Source: Chrysomallon squamiferum
Lineage: Eukaryota > Animalia > Mollusca
Reading direction: 5' to 3'
Length of the DNA: 64,000 nucleotides
NCBI GenBank assembly: GCA_012295275.1
Contig: CM022677.1
Coordinates: 17,980,001 to 18,044,000, forward strand
The translations under genes and the position numbers were made by a program. Below the pieces are notes generated by a model. That model saw only the letters and a program-made list of their open reading frames with translations. It was not told the DNA's origin and ran no database searches. Of this stretch, positions 25,881-41,901 are shown piece after piece; position 1 is the stretch's first letter, and every line of letters begins with the position of its first letter.

Positions 25881-26579
25881 TATTTTCGAAGCAGTGAAGA
25901 CCGTCGACCATCGCAGGAACAATTTGTGGACTTTTGGCTTGATACCAGTGAAAAATGTTCAGTATCAGCCGCACTAGCCATAAATCTTTTCAAAATAACT
26001 GATTATTTCGCTACAATTAAAAGCTAATTTTTGTGTTGGCGAGAAAGATTATGAGAAAACCAGCGGACAGTTTAGCGATTTTCTGTTACCTTGGTACGCG
26101 CTGGTTAAGGTACGAGAGCAATATTTTAATCATCTATAGTCGACAATAAATAACAAAAATGTTCAGATTACTTATCAGAGCATCTTGTGATGTTACTAAC
26201 AGTGTGGTATCGTCAGCACATAGTAGAATAAAAAGGTTTAAATAAAAATTAAATTCTTCATTAAAAATTGTTGATCGAAGTTTCAGTTCTTGCACAAATT
26301 TAAAATGATCAAATCTCGGTCTTGAAAATCAGATCAAGTGGCGTTCTCAGTGTGATACATGAATTGAATAAATCACGAAATTAACTCAATATTTGTGAAG
26401 GATGACTTACGTCTCTCGTTAAACTTTTTTTTTTAATATTACATTTATTTATGTATTTAATTTAATAATGATGATGATGATGATGATTTGGTCTAATAAT
26501 AAAATAAGAAGAAGAAGAAGAAGAAAAAAAAAAGAAGAAGAAAAAATAAATTAAAAAAATTATATAAAACCATGTGATA

Positions 26580-27192
26580 TACCATTAATCTCTAATTAAT
26601 TAATTACTGCCACTTATACATTTAACCTGCTTTGACGGAAAAGAAACTATTTTAAAAAAAAAAACAGAAGTGTTCAGAAGAACGAGAAAAAAGATTACTT
26701 ACTTGTGAAAACGAACCACACACTAAACTTAACAGACTTTGTTAAGACAGTGAGATAACGTACGCAGAGATCATTTTAAAAAGAACTCAACAAATCAATA
26801 CAGCTTCCTGTCCTAAGATTCTGTCCACTCGCGTGAGCTGAATTTTTATTTTTTTTTATATATTTTTTTTATACTGAAATGTTACAGACATATGCAGCTA
26901 ATAACATTTTACACAATTTTAATTTTTTTTTTTAAAAAAGTATTTTAATTTGTTCAATTTCTCGCAATGTTGCTGGAGAAAAAAAATAACAGAAAAAAAA
27001 AAAATAAAATAAAATATAATAATAATAATAATAATAAAAAAGACGGGTCTTTAAAAATGACGTTTTCTTTCATCACGTTAATAAGCCGATTCACGAGCTG
27101 GTAAAAGTTTCGTATTAAAACGCAAGACTGGCTTATTGTTGTTTATTTGTTAATCATTTTCACGAAGGCAGGAAAATTAATTAAGAAGTCGT
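26580..27192 (-). promoter_or_regulatory. Module B (copy 2, upstream of GPCR-2)
   Basis: Donor at 26697-26702 and core at 27055-27192. Confidence 0.55.
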
Positions 27193-27639
27193 TAATTCTT
27201 TGTTATTATTATCATTATTATTTTTTGAAATTTACGATGGAACAAAGACAACACACGTAAGCACACCTCAGAATTAAAATTATGTAATTGCGTTTGACCG
27301 TCATGCTGAAGAAACGTGTTTATAACATACTTTTGTGTAGGAAGTTTAGTTGTTTTTGACTGTGCGTGTGTGCGTGTGTGTGAGACATTAAAGTTGTATA
27401 TTTCTGTTCGTCCTTTCATCCAACCATACATTCATCCGACTGTCGAGTATCTGTCTGTCTCTTAGTCTGTCATTATATCTATGTATATTCTATCTATCTA
27501 TCTTTCTGTCTAGATAGATGTCTAGATAAATACTGTATATAGATGGATAGATAGAACTACAGAGAGGGAGAAAGAAAAATATATACTAGATCAGATAGAT
27601 ATATAGAGCGATCAATAAATTAATATATATATATATATA

Positions 27640-27736
<97 letters not shown>

Positions 27737-28284
27737 CACACACAGAAATGATATTCGTATTATGAAGTCTAGAAGTCAAGTGGTAGACACAGTCTTTGTA
27801 GATTTATTTTGACTTTTACTTTGTAAAGGAAATTAATTAATGTTCTTACAGTAACAGTAATTTAAAGATATATCTCCAATTATATAGTGGGCTGTATATT
27901 AAATTACCTGGAATCGTTTTCCTTTATTATTTTTTTATTTGTTGAACTCCAGAGAGTACATTATAAAGACTTTATAAAGGGGCAACAACAAAATCATTTA
28001 ATTTGCTTTCTTCTTCGTCTTGTTCTTTATTTTCTTCTTCTTCTACTTCTTCTTCTTCTTCTTCTTCTTCTTTTTCTTCTTCTTGCTCTTCTTCTTCTTC
28101 GTTTCTTGTTGTTGTTGTTGCTCTTTTCGTTATCGATGTTCTTTTCTTCCTCTCATTTGTATATTACAGATAACATGTTTGTCAATAATTAACGTCAACA
28201 ATTTTTAAGAGATTTTCTTTCTTTAATGTAACAAATGTGTAATGTAATGAACACTGTTTGTATCGCACATTCATACTTTGTTCG

Positions 28285-28365
<81 letters not shown>

Positions 28366-28837
28366 AAGAAGAAGAAGAAGAAGGAGAAGAAGAAGAAAGA
28401 AAACAAAAAATAATTTAAAAAAAAATAAAGTTATAGGAGAAGTCTTGGTCTTTAAAAATCATTTGTTTTCCTTTTCAGCAATGTTTTTTAGTTAATATTT
28501 AAAATGTTTCATAGAAAACAGTATTTCAGAAATCAGATGGAGTGAAAAAAGAAAGAAATGATGATATGACAAAACTGTGATCAATCCATAACTAAGATCG
28601 ATATGAAATATGTATGTACCTTTATTTTTGTATTTTTTGTATTATTAAATTGCAAATTATTCTTTGAGATATATAAGGTGTTAAACCTTTACTTGTGTGT
28701 TATATAACAAACAACACTTATAAACAAATATTTATAAAATATTGATATGAAAATTAATCACTTTTTACTCCTTGGCTGTTGAAATGTCCAAATTTACTTA
28801 GCATAATATTTCTATAATTCTCAGCATATCCACTCAA

Positions 28838-28879
<42 letters not shown>

Positions 28880-29270
28880 ATAAATGTTGTTGTTGTTGTT
28901 TATTATGTTTATTTTTCTGTCCACAAATAAATACATTTCAGTAGAAAAACGAAATTGTTTTACTCGTGTATCTTCTATTAGAATTTGAGTAGTCAAAAGT
29001 TTACTAAATATCGTTTAAATTTAACTCGTTAATTCTAAAATTACTGTAAGTTTAGAGGGCTTTCCAACATTACAGTCTTAATTTAGGGTGTGAATACTTA
29101 AAAGTTTATTTAATTAATTATAATTTTATTTAAGTCTAATCTGTTAAATCTAAAATTGTTAAATACAATGCTCGAAAACAGGTGACAAACGAAAACACGT
29201 TATCGAATCGTAGTAAAAAGTAGCATGAAAGTTTTTTCTTCGTCATTTTTCATCTTCGCAGTATTAAATT

Positions 29271-29348
<78 letters not shown>

Positions 29349-29350
29349 AG

Positions 29351-29391
<41 letters not shown>

Positions 29392-29399
29392 AAAAAAAG

Positions 29400-29700
29400 A
29401 CCGGGATATAGATATACATAAATTATAGATAGAAATATATATACATATATGTCTGAGCGGAAATCAGTTTCTCTCGGTAAATCTGTTGTTCTGTCCCTTG
29501 TGTGTAAGTTTGATGCTGTGCTGTCTCTTTGTCATTTGATTTATTTGCGTACGTCTTCGTAAGTGAAAAAGAAAATTAAATACGAAACTGATTCATGAAT
29601 TCATAAACCTTAATAATTTTGCAGCTTAAATGTCGTATTAAATTTACAACAACAAGAAAATATATGTATAGAAATAAATAAAAATAAAAAGTAAATACTA
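29400..29700 (-). repeat. Module C, inverted copy
   Basis: Reverse complement of 4700-4950 and of 56735-56965. Confidence 0.85.
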
Positions 29701-29854
29701 CTACTACTACTACTAATAATAATAATAGCAATAATAATAGAAACAATAATAATAGTAATAATAATAGTAATAATAAGAACAATAATAATATTAGTAATAA
29801 TAATATAATAATAATAATAAGAATAAAAATAATAATAATAGTAATAATAATAAT

Positions 29855-30199
29855 AGGACGTGGTATATAGTAACCTGTATGTGGATATAAAAAAACTATT
29901 GTTGTTGCTATTCTATAAGAACAGCTCATTTCTCGTTCCAACCACTGCTCCACAACTGTTATTATAAAGGACGTGGTATATATTGTTAAGTGTTTTGTGT
30001 GTTACTGCTGGTAGGAGTAACCCTTCATCTCGAATCGGCGGGTTTCGTCTCTTGTTTCACCTCAGTGGTCTTTAACCAAATGTTTGGCAAACAAGTTTAT
30101 ACGAGAACAATTTTCAGTCTCTGTTTCCATAATTAAATTTCTATGAAATAAGCATAAGTGAAATATCCTTACAGCTTCGTCAAGTAAAACATTTCCTTC
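29855..30199 (+). mobile_element. 5'-truncated duplicate of the same SINE
   Basis: Homologous to 14110-14453. The head is missing at the junction with the inverted segment. Confidence 0.65.
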
Positions 30200-30217
30200 A
30201 TTACACTCATATATGTT

Positions 30218-30274
<57 letters not shown>

Positions 30275-30520
30275 AGCACAAATTAAAATCAAATAAATTT
30301 AAAAAGAGATTAATAACAAAAAGAAGAAAAAAAATAATAAAGATAACACACACACACATCCATACAATAGATTTAAACTTATTTAAACACAAATATGCAG
30401 ATTCCCTTAAAAACAGACAGAAACACATACACACATGTATATATATGTTTCTATGTATGTATGCATTATATGTAAGTGTGTATGTATGTGTGTATGTATA
30501 TTTGTATGTATGTATGTATG

Positions 30521-30551
<31 letters not shown>

Positions 30552-31231
30552 GTGTGTATGTATGTATAAGCTTAGTAGTTTGATATGAACAATAGGGGTA
30601 ATATATTTTTGTCGGATCATACACTAAAAGAAGAAATAGACAAAACAGATGTTTAAATATTATGTGTATGTATGTATGTATGTATGTATGTATGTATATT
30701 TCCTGTGCCGAGACAAAAAGGTATTATAAAGTTCATATATATTAACGAAAATCAAAGAGATTTTATTTCAATTCTAAAGATAGAAAGTTAATTTAGGAAA
30801 GAAAAAAAATAAAAAATTCTTCAACTCAACAATGAAAACGATTTTTTAACCTTCGGTTCTATAATGATATTTCGATTAAGAGTAAAAGTGCCAAATTAGG
30901 AAGAAAACCACAAATTATATTCGACAAGGAATAATTATCATGTCTGGCAAGTAAATTATTAAAGAAAATGAAATTAGAAATAATTATGACGTCCTTCATT
31001 ACGTGTTAAGGACGATATTTGTTAAAGTTGCGTAAAACACACAAACAGACACACACATAAATATTTACACATAAATTTCTTTCTGTCTGCTTGTCTTTCT
31101 CTCTCTGTCTCTCTTTCTCTCTCTCTTTACACACACGCACGCACACACACACACACATATTTTTACACCTATCTTTGTGTCTGCCTGTCTTTCTCTCTCT
31201 GTCTCTCTTTCTCTCTCTCTTTACACACACG

Positions 31232-31272
<41 letters not shown>

Positions 31273-33566
31273 GAAATAGCAGTATTTGTAGTAGTACTGG
31301 TACTAGTAATACTACTACTATTGGTAGTATTTAAAATTCCATATACGTTTTAGTCTGATGCCTTACTTTTCGGAAAATATAAAATTATTTATTTATTTAC
31401 TATCACTGTTCTATCTGTATTAATTATTTACTTTTTATTTATAAAAACACAGTTTCCTCTGTGTACGCATTAATAAACCACTTTATTATTTAGACATGTT
31501 TTCAGCCATATTACTGTAAATGTGAACCGTTTATGAATTTAATATTTTTTCACGTTAATAACTTTATCTGCACTAGTAAAAAATTATAGTAGAGTAACTC
31601 ACCTTGAACAATACCACGGCTCAGAAACCACGCCCTACTAAACTGAAAAACTATTTTCTAAGAGAATTTTAAAAAATAAAAATAAAAAAAAATTTCAAAT
31701 TTTTTGAAATTGTTTTTTTATTGTTGTTGTTGTTTGATAAAACACTACAACTAAAACAGTTCTCTGTTACTCACAAGTTTATACAACCAGGTAAAACTGC
31801 TGCAGTTTCTAAGAATTTATGTTACAAATGAAATCTTTTCTTAACAGAAGTACCAACAGAACCGATGGAAAATAAAAATAATATCGCTTTGATATTAAAC
31901 TGCATTTTTAATAATCTCATGAATTAATAAATTAATTGTATGGCATCAGTACCAATAGCATTACCTGTACTGTCAGTATTTATTTTTGTTCTTATTTTAT
32001 AAAATCTTCATTTTATTTTTATGTTTATGAAAATTTGCGATAATTGAGTATTCGTGAACTATTTGGTACAGTCGGAATATACACAGAAATGAAATTCAGT
32101 TTACTAGATGAAGGGAGATAAATCATTTCCCCCTTAAACAGGATCCGAACTTGGTTAGTGTCGTATTGTTGAAAATAGAATTATTTCCCTTTATTTGGAA
32201 TGACCCAAAAGAGAATGATGTAATTAAACAAATAAGTAATTATGCTTCTCTACACATTTTTGTACATACACACCCTACACAGACATATACAAAGATACAT
32301 ATATACATATACAAATATATCATTATTTATTTATATATGATACTTTATTATTATTATTATTATTATTATTATATCATAACTCGAATTTTTCTACTATTAT
32401 GTTGACGAAATTTTGCAGTGAATATATATATATATATATTTTTTTTTTTCGTATTAAAACGTGTGTTTCTGTTTAATCGTCAAAACAAAAATCAATAAAA
32501 TTCGTACTTAAAAATGATTATACCTCTATTCTGTCTCATTAATTTGTTGCTTGTACACCATCACCCCTATACGCTCCAACGGAAGCAGTTGTTCGATAGA
32601 AACTGAACAGATGTCGTCTGCTAATGACTGACTATATCTGACATCTTTTGAAAAGATAATTTTATTTTTACAGATTTTTACAGAATAGAAAATATATTAT
32701 AGAGACCATTGTAAGTACCACAAAAATCTAAGAAAGTAACAGTTTCGGGTATATTTTATTTTTACTTTTTTTGTCTTTCATAATCTAAATGTTTTAGTAC
32801 AACGTTCAAATGGCGGTTTTCTGACACTAGTAAACGCCGAAGCTTTCAAAATTTGAAATTATAGGAATGTTTGAAAAAAAGTGATAAGTGACTAATAACA
32901 TAAATAATGTGAATATTTTTCAATATTAATTAATAAAGATAAATACAACAGAAATCTAGATTACCTCATTTTGCTATTCGTCTGCATTTTTATTTTTTAA
33001 GGACTGCACTTAATGACGTCATATAACGTCAAGATTTCAAAACTACAGGGAAGATAACTTATTTCAAATAACAATCTAGCAAAAAGTGATCGTTTATATA
33101 ATTCATTAATTTTTTTTTTTATTAATTATTCACTTAATAACTTAATACTAGAAGGAATATTAGCACTAATAGTACAGCGAATGCTTACTGAATCTCAAAT
33201 TTTGTTTTATTTTATTTTATTTTATTTTGTAGAAGATAGAAATCGATCGATGAAATGTTGGCTTTAAAATATATATGGAGAAGGTACTTTGCATGGAATG
33301 AATGGTGACGTCAAATTACCTTGCAACACTCATAGAATGTCATAAACGATTTAATTTTTCAATTATATTTTTCTTCATCTATTTATTTAATTTTTCTCTT
33401 TTTTCTTCTTCTTATTTATTTATTTATTTATTTATTTTTTTGGTTTCTATTTGATCTTCTTAATCTGTTCAGAAAATCTTCGTCTTCCATCTCAAGCAAA
33501 AGGTGTGACGTCATAAATCAAATAATTTAAAAGAATTATTTTTCATTAGAATTGTTCTGATATTTA

Positions 33567-33597
<31 letters not shown>

Positions 33598-35394
33598 ATG
33601 CATAATATATTCATTATAGTGATTTACTGGGAATTTTTATTTATTTATTTATTGAATGATTTAATGTATTTTGTTGAATATTTTCAAGTATCTAAATCGA
33701 GATCACCTTTAGGTGTTATTTTAATGTCATTTTGTACTTTGGTCACTTTTTTCAACTATTATACATTTTTCATATTTGTTTTAATTTAACTTTTTTTTTT
33801 TTTTTCCCCACGAGTTTGATACAGACCATATATTGATGATTATAATAATTGCCTTCGCTATGAGAAGTCAATACTTTGTATTTTTTATTCGGAGTTATTT
33901 CCCTTATGTAATCGATGTGCCAAAAATCTGTAGTATTTTCTATGAAATTTTTTATTTTTGTTCTTAATTATCTTCTCCTCTCTCTGTATTTTCTGTTTTT
34001 GTTATTGTCTTTTATTCTTATTCTTGCCTGTTGTTGATTTTTGCTCGATAAAAATTTTTTCCTAATGAGTTCATGTTTTTTTTTTTTTTTTTTAAAATTT
34101 AATTCTTTCTATTTTTTTCTTTTTAAAAATATTTAAATATCTGTTATTACTTAGCTGTTCTTTCTGAATTGCCTTTTTAACTAATGGATATCATTAACTG
34201 TTGTTGATGTTTGTGTTGTTGTTGTTGTTATTATTGTTATTATTATTTTCAAAGACATAGCTACAAGACTTAATGACGAAATATCTTGCAGTCTGCGTTT
34301 GGAGAATTTCTCGAAGCTGCTTTGTCTAACTTGCGGAGATTCGTACTGAACGCATTCCCTGCAGGACTACATCAACACAAACTACAACAGCATCGACGTG
34401 AACACCGTCTGTACGTTTAGCAGGCGTGATGTAGAAATCTAGGACAAGAGAAAACCAGTAAAAACATGTGCGGACAATAATGATAATAATAATAACAACA
34501 ACAAAAATAAAATCTATATCTATTTGTACATTTTCATAAAATATTTTATTTTATTTTATTATTATTATCATCGGAAGTGTCTGATGACTCAGTCTTTCAG
34601 GAGTTTGATAAAGACGGTATTTACAGTTACTGTCATTGCTATGAGAAGTCAGTACTTTGTATTTCTTACTGGAATATTCGGAGTTATTTCCCTTATGCTA
34701 TCGATTATATGTAATATATTATATCTCTCTCAATAAAGCGAGAATTAACATTAAATATTGATTTTGTATTAAACCAAACATTAAATCAAAGAACAAATGC
34801 TCCAGCTACTACTACTACTGCTACTACTGCTACTACTACTACTACTACTACTATTAGTACTACTACTACTACCACTACTATTATTACTGCTGCTACTACT
34901 ACCACTACTACATCACTACTGCATAACCACGACTACTGCTAGATGTTACTGTTACTACTACTATTAGTAGTACTACTACTTCATTTATTATTACTACTAC
35001 TACTGTTGTTGATGTTGTTTTGGGTGCTACTTTAATTCATTACTCTCATCGTTATCGTCATCGTCGACGTCGTCCTCGTCGTTGTTGTTATTATTATAGA
35101 AGAAGAAGAAGAAGAAGAAGAAGAAGAAGAAGAAGAAAAGAAAGGGGAAGAATAAAAAACACAATAGCCCATGCTGTTTATATGTTTATATATTTTGAAA
35201 ATAATGGTTATATTAAACCTGCCAGTGATTACATTAAGTGTAATTTCTAACGTTTTCGTCATATACATATTTCTACGTCCAAACTTAAAGATATGTCACC
35301 TTTTGTGCCTATAGTTCATTTCTCCCTATATCTAACCTGTCTTTTAAAGAGTCATAATACTTTTCATATTTATTGGAAAGTGCTGTCAGTTAGT

Positions 35395-35507
<113 letters not shown>

Positions 35508-36309
35508 GTTTCTTTTTTCTTCTTACTTGCTCGAGATACATACTAATATTATAAACACAACACACAATAACAAAAAATCGAACGCGAAGAAAGGACACAA
35601 TATTGAAGTCAGTAAAAATTAATTTGGCTTTTTTAACCTTTTTTTTTTTTTTTAAATTTGTATCGTTTTTGCACGCAAAAAACTAAATATTACTAACTAT
35701 TATCGGCTCTTTATTGATAAACATTAATTAAAAAAGGCATTACAGAAAGAACAGCTAAGTAATAACTGATATTTAAATATTTTTTGAAAAACAAAATAGA
35801 AGAATAAACATGAACTCATTAAGAAAACTTTTATCGAGCACAAATTTATTGATTTTAAGAATATAAGCATTAAACTAAAAATATATATATAATGGTAAAC
35901 TTTAAAACAAAGCAAATTTTTCTTTCACTATCAATTTTTTAAACTTTTCTATTTTTATATTTAAATCGACAATTCAGTGAATAAAATTAATTAGACAGAC
36001 AACGTAACTGATAAACAAATAAATGACATACGTCGATACTTGAAACAAGCTTATATTGATTGAAAGTTGAAAGAACCCTATCTTGGCCTCACGCACACTT
36101 TGCCTGTCTGAGTTAGTATGTCAAATGTTAGTTATCTGAGTTAGTATGTTAACTGTTAGTTACTGGACATGTGATCCTAACAGTTTAAAATAATACTCTT
36201 TTTGTTGTTGTTGCTGTCTCAAATTCTATTTTTGTTTATGCTGCAGATTTATTTAATGAAAAATGAAGTAAACTATAAGAATCTATGTTTTCTATCACGT
36301 TTGCGTTAG

Positions 36310-36990
36310 TCGGTTTAAGGTTAGCATGTTAGCATATTCTATATTAGTTATATAAAAGGGAGAGTGATACCTAAGAATATAGAAAATATGTTTTTTTGTG
36401 TGTTTTTTGTGTTGTTGTAAAGATGACATTAGTATTTTAAAGGTTAGCATGTTAGCATATTCGATATTAGTTATATAAAAGAGAGAGCGATATCTTAGAA
36501 TATAGAAAATCTTTTTTTTTGTTTGTTGTTGATGTAAAGATGGCATTTTTGCATATTAAATGTCAGTATGTTAATATATTCTATTGTGGTTCTGTTTAAT
36601 TATAGATAAAATACTTGTCTTTGAATATAGAAAAATGATCTATGTAAAGATATCGTTAGTATATTAAAGGTTAATATGTTCGTATGGACTATGTTAGTTA
36701 CAGAAAAGAGATAATCTTAAAATGTAGAAAAAAAAATTTTCTATAAACAGAACTTTAGTATTTGCAAGGTTAGCATTTTAGTTTATTCTGTGTTAGTTAC
36801 GGAAAAGAAAGAATTACTTTAGAATACAGACAAATTAGTTTTCCGTAAATAAAGCGTTAATACTATTAAAGATTAGTACGTTAGAATATTCTGTGATAGT
36901 TCTGTGTCAGTTACAGAAAAAAAAACAGAAAAGAGACAATGATTTTAGAATGTAGAAAAATCTGCAAAGATAACGTTAGTATGTTAAGTG
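36310..36990. repeat. Degenerate ~100-125-bp tandem repeat (6-7 units)
   Basis: Recurring aaggttagcatgttagcatattct...gttagtta(t/c)a(g/t)aaaaga...ttagaatatagaaaa. Confidence 0.7.
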
Positions 36991-37229
36991 TTATAAGAAG
37001 GTGAATGTTTGTAATTTAGAAGCCTTTCTTTCGAGTGTTGTTATGTTAGAAAGATAAATAGTTATTACGTAAGGGAGATAACTTATGACGCAGACGCCTG
37101 CTGTGTTACAATGTTAGAAGGAGAGTTACGAGAAACAGAGCGTGATCTTAAAATATCTGACCTGTAAAGATAGGGTTTTTCTTGATGGATTAGGTATGGA
37201 TACATTTCTGTTATACATCTTTATATAAC

Positions 37230-37730
<501 letters not shown>

Positions 37731-38322
37731 CTGCCTATGTATCTGTTCATCGAATCTCCCTATGTATCTAATCTCTCTACCTGTCTGCTTCTACCTATAT
37801 CTGTATGTAAATGTATTCGTTATAAATCGTTTAATAATTCGACATGGCAGATAATTCACGATTTTAAGAATACAAATTATAGTTCACGAACCACAGAAAA
37901 TTAATCTATCAGTCAATCGAGTGATCCACGTAAATGCGAGACAAAAAATCACAATTTGTTCTGAGACCTACAGACAATTCACGTTGCAGACAGAAACAAA
38001 TTATTTCAAAGTACGTATCAAAGACCACGTGACGCTAATACGACGACAGCAACGACGCCACACACACACTGAGATCCTAACTGAGGAAATGAGGTAACCA
38101 GAATTACCGATACGTCAACGATAAGAAGAGCAATAAGAATAGCAACTATAAAGAAACATTTAGCTGTCTGTCTGTGCGTGTGTGTGTGTGAACTTTAAGT
38201 CTGATGTGTTTTCGTAGACACAGTATCAGAATAGTTGTTTAGAAGATTTGTTTCGAAGAAAACCGTGAGTAGATTCTTTAGTTTATATATCTGTTGTTGT
38301 GTTGTTGTTGTTGTTGTTGTTG

Positions 38323-38362
<40 letters not shown>

Positions 38363-39599
38363 CATCATCATCATCATTAGTGTTATTTTATTGTTATTAT
38401 CATTGTATTGCTATTATTATTATTATTATTTTATTACCATCCTTATTATTTTATTATTATTATTTTATTATTATTATTATTATGATTATTATTATTATTA
38501 TAATTATTATTATTATTATTGGTGTTGTTGTTGTTATCCTGTTCTTAATTTTCTTGTAATGGTGTCTGTTTAGAACTAAAGAATTCACCTGCCAATTTTA
38601 TGAAACTTTGTTCATAAAAACGAAATCCTGGTGACCTGCATAAGGACTTGAAATTTGGACTATGAAAAAAATTTAAAAGACAAGATAAAATATACTGTTA
38701 CTTCAGTCAGGGACGTAAAGACCTTTATTAGTATAGATTTATTTAGGGAACCGTCGAAATGAACTCTTTTTAATACTGGGCAGTCCAATTTTAATGTAAC
38801 TATTCCTTTGATACTACGAGGAAATAGTCGAAATATATTCTGCATCGTTACAGGTTTTATTGTTTTTTTTCGTTTCCCTCCAGTTTTGTCTAACATTAAA
38901 AAAAAAAAGACTTTTTATAATTACTGGCTACGTCATTTTACGATTCATGACGTCATCGAGTGCTGAGCGGACCAATTTAATGCTGCACGCGATGACGTCA
39001 CTACTGCAATTGTAAAGGGATTGAAAATAAAACCATCTAGATGTTTTGTAATAATATTATTCAACCGTCTTAATTTGTTGTTAATGAATATAGGTCACAG
39101 ATGCCTAATAAATTAACGAGTCGCAAGTATCCAGAATTTGTTTAGACGTTTCATTCATAGGGCCACAGTGTACTTTAAGGTGGTCACAGTGCCTCTAAAC
39201 CAGAAGTTTGATATATGATCTGGCATATTATCATCCATTAAAAAGTAAACTTATAAAACGTTTGATGAGTGTTAGATGTTAAACTTTCAGAACAAACACT
39301 TTGTTGATTAATTTTTTTACATATTTTAAAAAGTTTTTTTTTTTATAATTTTGATTCATTTTTAATGTAATCTTTTGAAGTTTGTCTTAAGCGCGATTAA
39401 AACGTTTGCTATATTTCAATTTTAGCTTTTTGTATGATTATGATGTTTAATAAACTTTTTATTATTATTATTATTTTTTTTTTATGTCATGTAGAATTTT
39501 GCTGTTAAGGTTTCCTATAACTGCAAATTTTATCTTAGAAGTGGTTTTACTGCCGCATTCATTTGCAAGGAATTTTACTAATTTTAAGAATACATATTT

Positions 39600-39717
<118 letters not shown>

Positions 39718-40831
39718 CATTATGAATACCGTTTTGTCGTTTCTGCCATAAACATTTTTGTTTCTTTGATATATAAATTAGGGAAGAAGAAGAAAAAGCA
39801 GAAGCAGTATCTCGTACATTTAGTATTTTAGTTTATATCAGTTTGTTTATAAAACACTTAGAGACATAGAAATAATCTAAGAGACATCAGTGAACAATTT
39901 ATCTGTATCCACAGCTCTGGAAAACATGAGTACATCTGAATCCAAAGAATTTTCTAAAAGTAAAGTCAAAGAAATGTTTTAAATTATGTTCCTTCATTGC
40001 TTTCTTCTTCGTTTCTACCTTTCTTCCTTTTTCTTTCTTTCTTTCTTGTCTTTCTTCTTTCTTTCACTCTTTCTTTTCTTTCATTCATTCATTCTATCCT
40101 GCTTTCTTTTATTTTATTTCTTTATTACTTCCTTTTTTACTTTCCTTCCTTCCTTCGTTCTTTCTATTTTAATGAATAAATATTAAAATGTAATTCAAAT
40201 AATAATAAAAAGAACAAAAATTATTTTTTAATAGTAAAAAAAAAATGTGAACGATTTTTAAATTTATTTTTATCAGCAGCTTTAACTAAACTAATTCCTA
40301 ATTGTGTGTAATTTTTGTTTCTGTTTTTTATTTTATTTTATTATTTTTGTTAACAGTCGTTAGTGGAAACTCAGGGCGTTCCTTGGAGTATCATAGACAT
40401 TGTGTGTGCGTGTGTGCGTGTGTATGTGCGTGAGTATATATGTATGTATGTATGTATGTATTAATGTTTGTATATATGTATGTTTATATGTATACATAAA
40501 CTAAGCTACCTAATCTTTTTCTGTCTCTGTCTGTCTGTATGTTTGTCCGTCCATTTAAATTTGACAGAACACCTTCCTTTTACAAGAATAACCTTCAAAA
40601 CCTTTAAATAAAAGTCATATTCTAGTAGGGCGATATAAATTTTATTTTTAAACTGCATTTTTAAACATGTAACAATGTGACATTTTTATTTTATAGCGAT
40701 CATTTTTGGAACATAGATTTGTTGTAACTGACTAGCAAACCTCCTGTTGAAACGTATTAAGAATTTAAAAAAGTAAAATAAATAAATAAATAAAGAAAGA
40801 AAGAAAAGAACAATTTAACTACTACTACTAT

Positions 40832-40872
<41 letters not shown>

Positions 40873-41660
40873 ATACTGTTACTACTACTACCACTGCTAC
40901 AAATAATAATAATAATAGTAATAATTTACTATACTACCGCATTACATTGATTTTAATAAGACGTTGACATTTTAATTCGTTTTTATGATTATTATTATTA
41001 CTATTAGTACTACTACTATTTGCTGCTACTACTACTACAGCTACTACTATTACTACTATTATTATTAGTGCTACAACAACTTCTACTGCTATTAGTACTG
41101 TTACCACTACTACTGTTATCATTACAACAATTAATATTCCTATTAAATCATCATGACCATCATCAACAAAACGACAACTATTTCCGTTTCACCGGTAAAG
41201 CGAATATCTACGTTGCTAATACAACAGTTATTAATCTACATATCACCTGGTGTTCAGCAGTCGCACGCGCATCATAACGCGAAGACAATATTTAACGTGT
41301 GTTTAATATTAATTGAAACTGTCGCCTGTGGACTGTGTTATAAACTCGTTAATAAGATCAAAGCAGTCTGATGCGTTTCAAAAGTCGTTGACTTCTCTGC
41401 ACGGTTGAATCAAAGCACAGTTCTGACAGTCCGTAATGCAAAATGAGTTTTAAGAGGTAAAGAGAAAAAACCAAGGTTAGTGACGTGGGGGTGGGGGGGT
41501 TTGGACGGGGTGGAGAGGCTGGAGTAGAGGGGGATATCATCCGACGCTGTGAGTTCCTTCGTTAGATTTTTTTTTATTTTTTATTTTTTTTATTTAATTT
41601 TTAAAATTTGTATTAATTAATTAATTATTTGTATATTTGTTTAGGTTTATTTATTGGTTT

Positions 41661-41691
<31 letters not shown>

Positions 41692-41833
41692 TTGGTTTTT
41701 ATTTATTTATTTATTTATATTTGTATGTTTGTTTGTTTCTTTTATTTGAAATCTGAAAATGGAGTTTGTTATTGGAATGGATGAATGAATGAACGAATAT
41801 CTGACGACACCCCAGCACAAAATAACAGATCGG

Positions 41834-41901
<68 letters not shown>

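Larger units (their letters stand above)
20625..34040. repeat. Segmental duplication unit 2 (contains GPCR-2)
   Basis: Direct repeat of unit 1. It lacks the equivalents of ~1780-3680, ~3820-7315 and ~12700-14110. Homology ends at ...ttcttattct(c/t)(a/g)cctgttgttga. Confidence 0.9.

Noticed and set aside
34260-34460. GC-richer patch next to the duplication breakpoint as a possible exon remnant
   Set aside because: No recognisable homology to the receptors or to any family in the frames I read.
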